A DNA stretch of 64,000 nucleotides from Pirellulales bacterium (lineage in GTDB: Bacteria > Planctomycetota > Planctomycetia > Pirellulales > PALSA-1355), in assembly GCA_963733035.1 (NCBI GenBank), contig CAVTBU010000006.1, positions 512,001-576,000 on the forward strand. Direction: 5' to 3'. Shown here in pieces: positions 20,587-30,431 of the stretch. A model generated the notes under the pieces. The model was not told where the DNA came from. It saw only the letters and a program-made list of their open reading frames with translations, and searched no databases. Made by a program: the position numbers and the translations under genes. Numbering within the stretch: the stretch's first letter is position 1; the number at the start of each line of letters is the position of its first letter.

Positions 20587-21591
20587 CTAGGACGATTGCG
20601 CACTAGCGAGACTGTCGACCGGAAGCAACTCCGGAGAGTAAAAGCGGATCGCTTCTCGTAGCCCGTCGTCGAGCGACCACCGAGCACGAAAGCCGGTGAG
20701 ATCCTGCAACTTTGCGATCGAGGGCAGACGCCGCTTGACACTTCCGGCCGGTGACGGGTGCAGCGTGATATCGTCGGGACTCTGTCCGACAAGGTGCATC
20801 ATGCGCTGTGCCAGTTCAAGCATCGTCAGTTCCTCGTTGCCGCCGACGTTGACGACTTGATTTGCCGTCCGTTCGCACTCACCCACCAGTCGCGTGGCTT
20901 TCACGGCGTCGTCGATGTAGAGGAACGCCCGCGTATCGCCGTGGCCATACAGTTCGGCAATGCCGCGACGCAACCGCGTGAGAAAGTCGGGCACGATGTG
21001 CTTGTCGCCCATGCGTGGGCCAAACACGTTGTGGTATCGAATAATCGAAAATGGCACGTTGAACTGGCGGCAAGCATTAATCACCAGCACTTCGCCGTGA
21101 ATCTTGGCGGCGGCGTAGGACCATCGCTCATTAAAGACGTCGTCCACGCACAACGGCACGTTTTCATCCGTTGGCACGGGCCAGTCAAACTTCGTGACCG
21201 TCGACGCGTATGACTCGGGCGTGCCGGCATAGACGAAGCGAGTCAGTCTTTTGGTGCCGGCATACTTGTCGATCAAGTAGAAGGTCGGAAGGGTGCCCGA
21301 CCTCAGGACCTCGTATGGCCGCTCGTAAAAGTTTTGCGTGCCATTGAGCGCGGCTTCGTGATAGATCGTATCGACATCGTCGGGCAAGGCTGCCACGGCT
21401 GCCGGATCGCAGAGGTCGATCGTGTATGGCTCGACGTTCGGTCGTTGGCACAACTTGCGGTAAAGTTCGTCGTTCGCGCCGCGCGAGTGGTTGTCGACGA
21501 GCACGAGTTCGACGTCCGGCCTCTCGCTGAGGTGCCGAGCCAAGTGGTAACCGATAAAGCCGGCCGCGCCGGTGACCATGATCCGCGACAT
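20587..21591 (-). CDS. NAD-dependent nucleotide-sugar epimerase/dehydratase (extended SDR)
   Basis: TGAAGFIG, YAAAK, RYHNVFGP. Confidence 0.9.
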   Translation of the reverse strand: MSRIMVTGAAGFIGYHLARHLSERPDVELVLVDNHSRGANDELYRKLCQRPNVEPYTIDLCDPAAVAALPDDVDTIYHEAALNGTQNFYERPYEVLRSGTLPTFYLIDKYAGTKRLTRFVYAGTPESYASTVTKFDWPVPTDENVPLCVDDVFNERWSYAAAKIHGEVLVINACRQFNVPFSIIRYHNVFGPRMGDKHIVPDFLTRLRRGIAELYGHGDTRAFLYIDDAVKATRLVGECERTANQVVNVGGNEELTMLELAQRMMHLVGQSPDDITLHPSPAGSVKRRLPSIAKLQDLTGFRARWSLDDGLREAIRFYSPELLPVDSLASAQSS

Positions 21592-21604
21592 TTTTACACC
21601 GTCT

Positions 21605-22897
21605 CTAGGCCGCCGTGCGGCAAAGTTTAAGGGTTGTTTTGGCCTGAAGAGAATCCTGGTCAAACGTGACTCGGCCCAAATCACAACAATCCCAAATGTC
21701 TACCACGCGAGTTCCATGCACTCGCGCCGCGTGAACGATTTTTTCGCGTTCGCGGCTATAGAGCGAATGATTCGTGGCGATGAGCACAAACTCCGCGTCA
21801 CGCAGCGCGACGTCGAGACTGGATGTGAACTCGACGCCGGGGCTCGGCTCGATCTGATCGGCCGTGAGAAAAGGATCATTAACTAGGATCTTGGCCGGCG
21901 TCTCGCGTTGCAAATAGCGTATTAGCTTCGGCGCGAGCGAATCGCGTACGTCGTCGGCGTCGCGTTTGAACGAGTAGCCCAGCACTGCCAGTCGCTTGCC
22001 GCGCAGACTGCCATAGCGACGCACTGTTAGGTCGACGAGGTACTTTGGCAGCGACTCGTTCACTCGCCACATTTCGGTGAGAAAGCCGCCGCTCCAGTAG
22101 CCCTCGGCCAACATTCCAAAATCCTTTCGCAAGCAAGTCCCGGCGGTGAAGCCCGGTTTTCCGTGCAGCTTGCGTGGATAGTCGCGATTGGCCAATTCAA
22201 GGACTTCGTGCGGTTCAACGCCCTGATCTAGCGCGATCATCGACAATGCGTTGATGATGCCAAAATAAGCGTAACGTGAGACGTTGCAGAATAGTTTCAC
22301 CAGTTCGGCCGTGGCCCAATCGCAATGCATCGGTTCAACGCCGAGTGCGTGAAACAGTCGTTCGGCGGCCTGGGCACTGGCCCCGTCTTCGGTGCCGATA
22401 ATCTGTGGCAGCTTGTGCAATTCTTCGCGAGCTTTGCCCTCGACGATCCGTTCGGGACAGCAGGCCAGATGGACGTCGCGACCGACTTTGTGAAAGGTCC
22501 GAGTCTCGATCAGATTGGCCACGTACGCGGTCGTCTTGGGCGCGGTCGTGCTCCGCATGATGATCGTCTGGCCGGGCGCGAGGAACTCGCAAATGGATTC
22601 GATCACTTTGGTGACGTATGACAGATCGGTTTCGATGTGGGCCAGCAGCGGCGTGCCGACTGTGACGATGAAATAATCGCAATCCGCGACGTCGTGTATA
22701 TCGCCAGTGATGTGCAGCTTGCCGGAGGCCACCAATTCATCGTAGCCGGGCTCATCGAACGGCATCCGTCGCTCGATGTTGATCGAGTGCCGCACACGTT
22801 CGTTCAAGTCCACCCCCAAGACCTGCACACCGGAGTCGACCAGCGACAACGCAAGCGGCAGGCCGACTCGGCCTGTGCCAATAATGGCGACCTTCAT
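21605..22897 (-). CDS. UDP-glucose/GDP-mannose dehydrogenase-family nucleotide-sugar dehydrogenase
   Basis: GTGRVG, CPER, AELVKL, catalytic GTCLRKD, GYSFK..DDVRDS. Confidence 0.92.
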   Translation of the reverse strand: MKVAIIGTGRVGLPLALSLVDSGVQVLGVDLNERVRHSINIERRMPFDEPGYDELVASGKLHITGDIHDVADCDYFIVTVGTPLLAHIETDLSYVTKVIESICEFLAPGQTIIMRSTTAPKTTAYVANLIETRTFHKVGRDVHLACCPERIVEGKAREELHKLPQIIGTEDGASAQAAERLFHALGVEPMHCDWATAELVKLFCNVSRYAYFGIINALSMIALDQGVEPHEVLELANRDYPRKLHGKPGFTAGTCLRKDFGMLAEGYWSGGFLTEMWRVNESLPKYLVDLTVRRYGSLRGKRLAVLGYSFKRDADDVRDSLAPKLIRYLQRETPAKILVNDPFLTADQIEPSPGVEFTSSLDVALRDAEFVLIATNHSLYSREREKIVHAARVHGTRVVDIWDCCDLGRVTFDQDSLQAKTTLKLCRTAA

Positions 22898-22917
22898 GGC
22901 GATTCCTTTCTCCAGAT

Positions 22918-24435
22918 TCAAGCAGCTCGATCCATCGAGCCGCGCGAGACGAATTCAGTCTCGGTGGGAGCTGTGTCGGTCGCGACCGACTCCCCCGCGT
23001 GCAAACGCTGCAGGAGTTCAAGCCACTGCTCTCGGCATCGCTCCAGCGAGTACCGCTCAATGCGGCGCCGTCCGCGGGCAACGAGCTCGCGCTGCAGCGA
23101 GGGTGAATCCTCAGCGGCAATCATTCGTTCGATGCTGTCGGCAATCGATCTAACGTCGTAAGAATCACAATACAGCGCCGCGTCGCCGAGGACCCAGCGG
23201 TGTTCGGGAATGTCAGAGGCAATGACCGGCACTTCGCACTGCATGGCTTCCACCGGTGGAAAGCCGAAACCCTCGGCGTGCGAAGGATAGACGAGCGCTT
23301 CGGCTTGCGAATAAAGCACGCGCAATTCCTCGGACGTGACGGATTCAAGGTGGATGATGTCGCCTCGCGCCACAAGCTCGCGCATGGCATCCAGAGTTGG
23401 CTCGAATCGCCAGCCTGGTGAGCCGACGATGAGCAGTTTCAGGTTGGGCACTGATCGGGCTACCGAATTTCGAAAGCGCACGGAATTGAAAGCTTGAATC
23501 AGCCCGGGAAAGTTCTTTCGCGGCTCGAGCGTTGATACTCCCATGATATACCGCGGCGTATGTTTGAGCGGCCTGCGCGGCGCATCACCGGTGGCCGTCG
23601 AGCGCCGAGTGCGGATGATCGAGTTGATCAAGGATTCATTTGGTTCAGGGCGGTACGCGTCCGAGAGCATGTACGGAATCGTGGCACTCCGGTCACGCAG
23701 CTCAGGGTACACGTCAACCAGATTCTCGCGGGTGGGCTCTGAATTGCACACAAAAATGCTGGCGGGGCTTTGGCGAATCGAGTTGTGATGCCAACGAATG
23801 TCCCGCAACTGGGGCATCGTGTCCGGTTGAATCATTGGAATCATGTCGTGGTAGCGGACGAGCTGCTTTGTTCCGGATGGGATTCGCATCGGCCGGGCGG
23901 TTTGCACGATAAAGAAGTCAAAGCCTTGCGTGTCGAGCTTAATGGGTGATCGATTGGCTACGACTCGGCGGTACATGACATCACCGGAGATGTTCAAGAA
24001 CAGGAACTTGCCTTCTTGTACGATCGGGCGATCGTCCGGTGCCAGACTTTGCGCGAACAGATTGCGCCATAGCACGTGGTGAAATGCATTGGTGTCGGCC
24101 GGTTCCAGTTGGCCGCTGGTCTGACCACGCGCAGCCACTTGCGTGCCCAACATGCGAAGGATGCGTTTCGGTAACGACCCGCCCGTGATCCAGGGTTCGT
24201 TCACGCCCCATAGAAAGCAGGCCTGATTAGCAACTCGGTCGGCGCGAGGCGCGATTGCGGGGCAAAATTTGTGCGGACGAATTCGCGAGAAACTCGGATA
24301 CAAAAGTCCGGTCACCTCGACTTCCGGACACAGCGACAACGTCTTAAACAGCAGTCGCGTGTCTTGGGGGATACCAGAATAACCACGCAGGGCCATGGAA
24401 AGGTCCAACAGCACGCGGATCTTACGCTGGGTCAT
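22918..24435 (-). CDS. GT4-family glycosyltransferase (paralog 1)
   Basis: GIPQDTR, HDMIP, STLEPRKN, EGFGFPPVEAM. Confidence 0.9.
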   Translation of the reverse strand: MTQRKIRVLLDLSMALRGYSGIPQDTRLLFKTLSLCPEVEVTGLLYPSFSRIRPHKFCPAIAPRADRVANQACFLWGVNEPWITGGSLPKRILRMLGTQVAARGQTSGQLEPADTNAFHHVLWRNLFAQSLAPDDRPIVQEGKFLFLNISGDVMYRRVVANRSPIKLDTQGFDFFIVQTARPMRIPSGTKQLVRYHDMIPMIQPDTMPQLRDIRWHHNSIRQSPASIFVCNSEPTRENLVDVYPELRDRSATIPYMLSDAYRPEPNESLINSIIRTRRSTATGDAPRRPLKHTPRYIMGVSTLEPRKNFPGLIQAFNSVRFRNSVARSVPNLKLLIVGSPGWRFEPTLDAMRELVARGDIIHLESVTSEELRVLYSQAEALVYPSHAEGFGFPPVEAMQCEVPVIASDIPEHRWVLGDAALYCDSYDVRSIADSIERMIAAEDSPSLQRELVARGRRRIERYSLERCREQWLELLQRLHAGESVATDTAPTETEFVSRGSMDRAA

Positions 24436-24607
24436 ATCGTCATCACTTCCATGTGGGACAATTGGCTTGTCGCTACTTCGAGACCTTCGTGCGGGCGAAA
24501 GTGTCGAAAGGTAGTGTGAAATTGGCGGGGGGGTACCTTCGGCCGAAAAATTAGCACACTTCGCGATTTTCAAAAAGATCAGTCAACGAATCGCTTTCGC
24601 AAGATGA

Positions 24608-26101
24608 TCAGGCTGCCGCGCCATGGTTCAATTCGGCGGCATTCTCCGCAACCAACTTTTCGCTAGCACGCCGCTCGGTTGGGCGCAGGCTTGAGAGCAA
24701 TTCCACCCATTGGCCGCCGCAGCGCTGCCGACTGAAGTGCCTGATTCGCTCATTGCCGCGAGCTACCATTTCTCGCCGCAAGGCTGGACCTTCGTCCGAA
24801 AGCACCAGTCGCTCAATCGTGGCCGAAATGGTCGATACGTCCATGGGGTCGCAGTACACCGCCGCGTCGCCGAGCACCCAGCGATGCGCCGGCAAGTCAG
24901 ACGCAATGACTGGTACTCCGCACGACATCGCCTCGAGCGGCGGAAAGCCGAATCCTTCGGCTGTTGAGGGGAACACGAATGCCTCGGCGTGCGTGTAAAG
25001 CATGCGCAGCTCTTCGGACGTCACCTGCTCCATATGGATCAGGTCTCCCTGATCGACGAGACCACGCATGGCCTTCAGAATGGGTTGGTACTTCCAGCCC
25101 GGACTCCCGACGATGATCAACGTCAAGTCCCGGCCCCGTGGCGTTCCCTTGAGCTTGCTGAAAGCCTGGACGAGCCTGAGAAAGTTCTTTCGCGGTTCGA
25201 GCGTCGAAACCATCATCACGTAACGCAGGCGAGGCCCCGGTCGGCGTCCTCGCCCGCTGGCCGACGACCGTCGCATTTCAATGATCGAGTGAAGTGCCGC
25301 GGCGTTGGGCTGGGCGCGATAGATATCGGACAACATATACGGGATTGTTGTGGCGCGCTGATCCAGGTCGGGATGGATTCGCGTTAACTCGTCGCGCGTG
25401 GGGTCGGAGTTGCAAACGAAGTAACTTGTGCGGTTTTCGCGAATCGCGCGATGGTGCCAATTGATGACCAGCGGATTCCCCATCGTGTCGGGCTCAAGCA
25501 CCGGGATCATGTCGTGATAACGCACGATTTGCCGCGTTTCGGGGCTGGTTCGAAAGGATCGTGGGCCTTGCACGATCAAAAAGTCGTAGCCGGTTGTATC
25601 GAGAGCGATCGGGCGTCGCCGGCTAAATGTCCGCGCAAACACCATGCCGTCGGTCACGTTCGACAACAAGAAGTTACCTTGCTGCACGAGTGGTATGTCG
25701 CTGGGTGAGAGCGTTTGAGAGAATAGCAGTCGCCACAGTGTGGGCCAAAATTTGTCCGTGTCGAGCTGGTCCACGGCGGCCCCACGCGCGGCCAGCGTAC
25801 TTCCTACCACCTGAAGTCTCTGCAGCCAGCGTGCCGGGCGAGATGCCGCCCAGGCGAGATTTGGTTCGGCAAGTTTCCACAAAAACTCAGCCTGATTGGC
25901 AATCCTTACGCCGCGCGTTTCGTAGGCGCGTCGAAAGCGATGCACTCGGGCGAACTTCTGCGGCCGATAGACGAGCCCCGTAACCTCAATTTCCGGGCAC
26001 AGGGATAAGGTTTTGTATAGCAGCCGCACGTCCTGGGCGATGCCGCAATAGCCGCGGGCGGCCATTGAAAGGTCCAACAGAACGCGTATGGGCCGTGACA
26101 T
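24608..26101 (-). CDS. GT4-family glycosyltransferase (paralog 2)
   Basis: GIAQDVR, HDMIP, STLEPRKN, EGFGFPPLEAM. Confidence 0.9.
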   Translation of the reverse strand: MSRPIRVLLDLSMAARGYCGIAQDVRLLYKTLSLCPEIEVTGLVYRPQKFARVHRFRRAYETRGVRIANQAEFLWKLAEPNLAWAASRPARWLQRLQVVGSTLAARGAAVDQLDTDKFWPTLWRLLFSQTLSPSDIPLVQQGNFLLSNVTDGMVFARTFSRRRPIALDTTGYDFLIVQGPRSFRTSPETRQIVRYHDMIPVLEPDTMGNPLVINWHHRAIRENRTSYFVCNSDPTRDELTRIHPDLDQRATTIPYMLSDIYRAQPNAAALHSIIEMRRSSASGRGRRPGPRLRYVMMVSTLEPRKNFLRLVQAFSKLKGTPRGRDLTLIIVGSPGWKYQPILKAMRGLVDQGDLIHMEQVTSEELRMLYTHAEAFVFPSTAEGFGFPPLEAMSCGVPVIASDLPAHRWVLGDAAVYCDPMDVSTISATIERLVLSDEGPALRREMVARGNERIRHFSRQRCGGQWVELLSSLRPTERRASEKLVAENAAELNHGAAA

Positions 26102-26384
26102 GAGATCCTCTCCGGGAAACAGTGTGCATCCTGCACGGGAGAAAACCTAACACATGCCCCGGCGATGAAAAATCCCAAGTCGGCGGGAATTCAAGTTTGG
26201 ACGTGTCGAGTGTGCTAGCAGCTTGATGCTATTTGCTCGTGAGGGACTTGTGGCCCAAATGCAATAAAACTCCGCGAGCAGAGCACAAACGACTTGAGAA
26301 TCGTCGCACAAGGAAGCTTGCCAACGCCGCAGCGTTCGAACCGCCCCACCCACTAGAGGCGAGGTCCGTCGACCAGTCGTCGCT

Positions 26385-27485
26385 TCAAATCCCGTGGCGC
26401 AGCCTCATTTCCTGATGTCGGGTTCTGGCGATTTGGTTCAACAGGAAATCTTGATTGCACTGAACGAGCAGCTCCTCGCGGAGGGAGCGACCTAGATCAA
26501 GCGAGCTGATGTGCTTGTTGGACACGTTCGCCCGTCGACTTTCAGCGGCAGGAAAGATTTCGCCAATCATTTGATTCGCGGCGTCGGAAGGTAGCAGGTC
26601 GGCATTGCATTTTGCAAGGTTTCTCAAGGCCGACTGGCATGTCGCGTCGTCCGCCAAAAAGGAACATTGTACGTTGCACGTGAAAAAACCGTTCTCGTAG
26701 CTGTTGGTAAAACTATCGGGATCCAGTCCGCGGTCGAGAAAGAGTTTGGGGTCCGCCAAATGTACGTTCGGGCGCCGATTCACGACGTCCACCGCAAAGT
26801 TGAATTCAGAGATGAAGGATTCCAGGGGATCTCGGACGAACACCACGACACGATCAAATGGACCGATGCAATGAAGGTGGTGAAAGAGTTTCCAATGACC
26901 CGTGATCACGACCCCGCGATTCGGATCCGAACTGACGCACACGGCAGATGCTAGTTCCTGTAGATTGTCGACCGCCCCGGAGAGCGTATTCGCATTCACA
27001 TATCCCCACCCGGTTTCGGTGGCCGCGTCGAAGAAGCTGGTCCCCGCGGTTTTGGGGATGTGAACATGCCACAGCCGTCGCATCATGGGGAATGCCCGAG
27101 CGAATAGCTGAGGCATATGCAGAATCGCTTCCTTACTGGTCAAAAGAGCAGTGACCAATTGATCAAGACCATTGCAGGTTTCGATTTGGTGCCGCACGAC
27201 CGTGCGATCTTCCGGGGCTCGCTGCAGGATAGCCCTGTATGCCAGTTCCACTTGCTCGGCGGTCGGTTTGACCGATCGCAGGGCGTCGTTTTCCGCGGCC
27301 ACGGACCCTGGACCGGCCTTGCCCGCACGGACCAACTTCAGATAGTTGAATGGCACCTGGAGTGGCGATGCGGAGTTGTGGAGTAAGTATTCGAATACTT
27401 CGGAGTATCGATCGCGGCTGAAAAGTTCGCAGATCGATTCCAAGGATGATTCGACGTCGTACTGGCGGTCGGCTGTCTGGCTCAT
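26385..27485 (-). CDS. Sulfotransferase-like protein with N-terminal DUF4214-like helical module
   Basis: HIPKTAGTS (5'-PSB-like) and VRDPLESFIS (3'-PB-like); AYRAILQRAPE...LLTSKE. Confidence 0.65.
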   Translation of the reverse strand: MSQTADRQYDVESSLESICELFSRDRYSEVFEYLLHNSASPLQVPFNYLKLVRAGKAGPGSVAAENDALRSVKPTAEQVELAYRAILQRAPEDRTVVRHQIETCNGLDQLVTALLTSKEAILHMPQLFARAFPMMRRLWHVHIPKTAGTSFFDAATETGWGYVNANTLSGAVDNLQELASAVCVSSDPNRGVVITGHWKLFHHLHCIGPFDRVVVFVRDPLESFISEFNFAVDVVNRRPNVHLADPKLFLDRGLDPDSFTNSYENGFFTCNVQCSFLADDATCQSALRNLAKCNADLLPSDAANQMIGEIFPAAESRRANVSNKHISSLDLGRSLREELLVQCNQDFLLNQIARTRHQEMRLRHGI

Positions 27486-27734
27486 GTCGTTAGGGTCGCC
27501 TCGATTGCTGGCCGAGCCGACATTTGGCGGCAAAACAGTGCGGACGATGCAAACGGCGGCCTCGATCCGTGTTTGTGCGCACGCTGCCAGCGACAATCAG
27601 CCGCGCTAGCAATTCGTGGCGTGTCCCTGAAATTTGCCAGTCATTTTGGGTTTCGAATTGCCAATCGTTCGCACGCAAACGACGTTCTTCGTATAGCCGA
27701 ATCGAACTAGTGAGGGAATGGCAATATGGGGGCT

Positions 27735-28490
27735 TCAGGCGGCACGGGCGCGGTTGTGGTAAGCGTCGATCACGCGCGCCGGGTCGCCGAACTCGACCAT
27801 GCGGCCGGACTCGAGTAGCGCCACGCGGTCGCTGATCCGGGCAACCGTGCCTACGTCGTGGCTTACGAAGATCATGGTCGTACCGCGATGCCGGAATTGT
27901 TCCATCCGGTTGAGGCATTTCTGCCGAAAGCGGGAATCACCTACGGCCAGCACTTCATCGACCAGCAGAATATCGGGATCAAGGTGCACGGCGACGGAAA
28001 AGCCCAACCGCACGACCATCCCCGAGGAATACGTTCGCAGTGGAGCATCGATGAAATCATTGAGTTCGGAAAAAGCGATGATATCGGCCGTTCGTTCTTG
28101 GACTTCCTGGCGCGTCAGCCCGAGCAGCACGCCGTTGAGCAGGATGTTTTCCCGGCCGGTCAGCTGCTGGTTGAATCCGGCCCCCAGTTCCAAGAGAGGA
28201 CAAATTCGCCCGTGCGTTTCCAAAGACCCTTGGGAAGGCTTGAGAACGCCGGCAATGAGGCCCAGCGTAGTGCTTTTGCCGGCTCCATTGCGACCGATCA
28301 AACTCAGACACTCGCCGCGACGTACTTCGAACGAGACATCGAGTAGGGCGTCGAACGGCTTTCGCCGCCGAATTGCCTTGATCTGGCTTGGTAGATGCAG
28401 CACGAGGTGCTTGAAGCCTTCCCCGACTGGACTGCCCAGGTAATAGCGTTTTGATACGTCGGTTAGCCGGATGGCCACATCGCTAGACAA
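27735..28490 (-). CDS. wzt: Polysaccharide ABC exporter ATPase (Wzt-like)
   Basis: GRNGAGKST, YSSGM, LLVDEVLAVGD; TTG start overlaps the wzm stop. Confidence 0.92.
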   Translation of the reverse strand: MSSDVAIRLTDVSKRYYLGSPVGEGFKHLVLHLPSQIKAIRRRKPFDALLDVSFEVRRGECLSLIGRNGAGKSTTLGLIAGVLKPSQGSLETHGRICPLLELGAGFNQQLTGRENILLNGVLLGLTRQEVQERTADIIAFSELNDFIDAPLRTYSSGMVVRLGFSVAVHLDPDILLVDEVLAVGDSRFRQKCLNRMEQFRHRGTTMIFVSHDVGTVARISDRVALLESGRMVEFGDPARVIDAYHNRARAA

Positions 28491-29295
28491 TTTCTGCGAA
28501 CCTCCACACCTTCTTGCTATAGATGGTGAATCCGAGTCCTGCGAGTGTGACGGACCAACCGGCGGCAGCTGCCAGGTGCGAGAGGTCCACGCTGTTGCCA
28601 TAGAAAACACCCTGCCAACAAAGGATCAAATTGGCGAATGGATTCACGTATAGAATCCAGTGGTACGATGCAGGAATCATGTCGACCGAATAGACAATCG
28701 GCGTCATGTAGAATAGCGCCTGCACGGCAAGTGATGTCAGACGTTCCAGATCGCGGAAGAACAAATTACAGGTGGCGATGGTCAGCCCCACTCCCGTCAT
28801 CATCAACAATTGTAGAGCGAGAAGCGCCGGAACGGCCCACAGCCAATCCCAGTGCGGGGTCCTGCCGTAGTACCACATGAACCCCAAGATCACCGGTATC
28901 GAACAGACGAAATGGATCGATTCGTTGAACACGCTCGAGAACACCAGCATGAAGCGGTGAAAGCGGACCTTTTTGATCAGCGACGCGTTACCGAGAAAAT
29001 AGCCGTTGGCGCCAAAACAGGTGTTGGCGATCCACTGCCAAGGAAACAGACTGGCAATCAGGTACAGCGTGTAGGCTGGTACCCGGACAAAAAAGCTGAA
29101 GAATAGCGAGAAAATTAGTGCCAATACCAGCGGATGAAGCACGCTCCAGGCATAGCCCATGAACGTGTTCTTATAGCGAACCTTGAATTCCTTGCCCAAC
29201 AGGACCAGAGTCAGGTCGCGGTAGTAGACGACGGTGCGGCTAGTTGGCCAGCCGCGAGCGAGTGCCGGACTTTTCAAATTCGCATTCCTTTGCAC
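28483..29295 (-). CDS. wzm: Polysaccharide ABC exporter permease (Wzm-like)
   Basis: KVRYKNTFMGYAW, LIKKV, FRD, TPIVY, NP; six TM segments. Confidence 0.92.
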   Translation of the reverse strand: MQRNANLKSPALARGWPTSRTVVYYRDLTLVLLGKEFKVRYKNTFMGYAWSVLHPLVLALIFSLFFSFFVRVPAYTLYLIASLFPWQWIANTCFGANGYFLGNASLIKKVRFHRFMLVFSSVFNESIHFVCSIPVILGFMWYYGRTPHWDWLWAVPALLALQLLMMTGVGLTIATCNLFFRDLERLTSLAVQALFYMTPIVYSVDMIPASYHWILYVNPFANLILCWQGVFYGNSVDLSHLAAAAGWSVTLAGLGFTIYSKKVWRFAEIV

Positions 29296-29720
29296 GAATC
29301 CTCGACGGCTGGCGACCGATAAACAGATTTGCGCGACAGCGTTTCAGTCACCTTGCCATGTGTTACGCATTCCTCGACATCCAGCCTTGACATGCACGTC
29401 CGCTTGCGGAGGTGTGCCTCTGAGTTTTTCAACCCTGACGATGCACACCACTTCGGGTCGTGCCGATGAAGTGAAGTTTGCCCGTCATTGGGGGATACTG
29501 TTGGCCGAACATCGAGCGAAACAATTTCGTTTCGCCGCGCAAACTACCGACGTGCAAGGCTATACCTGGAAAGTACCGAGCAGGTCAACATGTTTTTGTC
29601 GCTCGCGGCCGGCCAGTTCAGTTTTTGCAAGTCGGGCCGACAAAATGGTCTAGGTCAAGCAGGAGCCCCTTTGCTATAAGTCCGCCTCTTCCGTCCAAGA
29701 TGAACGGTCCGCTAGCTGCC

Positions 29721-30410
29721 ATGAAAACAGAAACATCACTTCCAGTTCGCTCGTTGACGCCGCCGTCTCGAAGCAGTGCGCGATCGTTGCCAAACGTGCC
29801 AATTGGTACAACCGTCGCGGCGCGCCCCATCGCGCAAATCGCCAGCCGGATGGTCGACGTCACGGTTTGTCTGGCCATGCTGGCGGTGTTGGCCGTACCC
29901 ATGCTGCTCATCGCGGCGCTAGTGAAACTGACGAGTCGTGGGCCAGCGCTCTATCGGCAGCAGCGAATTGGACTCAATGGACGGCCGTTCGTGATTTACA
30001 AGTTCCGCACCATGGGAGTCGACGCGGAAGTGGCCACCGGACCGATCTGGGCGAGGCGCGGCGACCCAAGATGCACCTTGATCGGTCATTTTCTGCGTCG
30101 TTGGTGCCTCGACGAACTACCGCAAATGTTCAATGTGCTGAAGGGGGAAATGAGTCTTGTTGGACCGCGCCCCGAACGTCCTTACTTCGTCAAGGAATTC
30201 TCTCAACGATACCCGCAGTACCCACAGCGGCATCAAGTTCTGCCGGGTATGACCGGCTGGGCACAAGTGAACGGCTGGCGGGGCGATTCGTCGCTCGAAA
30301 AGCGGATCGAGTTCGATCTGTACTACCTACGGCACTGGACCTTGCCATTTAATCTGAAGATTATCTTGCTTACGCCTTTCCGGCTGCTAATCGACCGTCA
30401 CGGCGGTTAA
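29721..30410 (+). CDS. Priming polyprenol-phosphate phosphoglycosyl transferase (small, catalytic domain only)
   Basis: KFRTM, LDELPQ, MSLVGPRP, PGMTGWAQVNG; alternative start at 29700. Confidence 0.9.
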   Translation: MKTETSLPVRSLTPPSRSSARSLPNVPIGTTVAARPIAQIASRMVDVTVCLAMLAVLAVPMLLIAALVKLTSRGPALYRQQRIGLNGRPFVIYKFRTMGVDAEVATGPIWARRGDPRCTLIGHFLRRWCLDELPQMFNVLKGEMSLVGPRPERPYFVKEFSQRYPQYPQRHQVLPGMTGWAQVNGWRGDSSLEKRIEFDLYYLRHWTLPFNLKIILLTPFRLLIDRHGG

Positions 30411-30431
30411 TTTGCCTCGTCGAGGGTTGGC

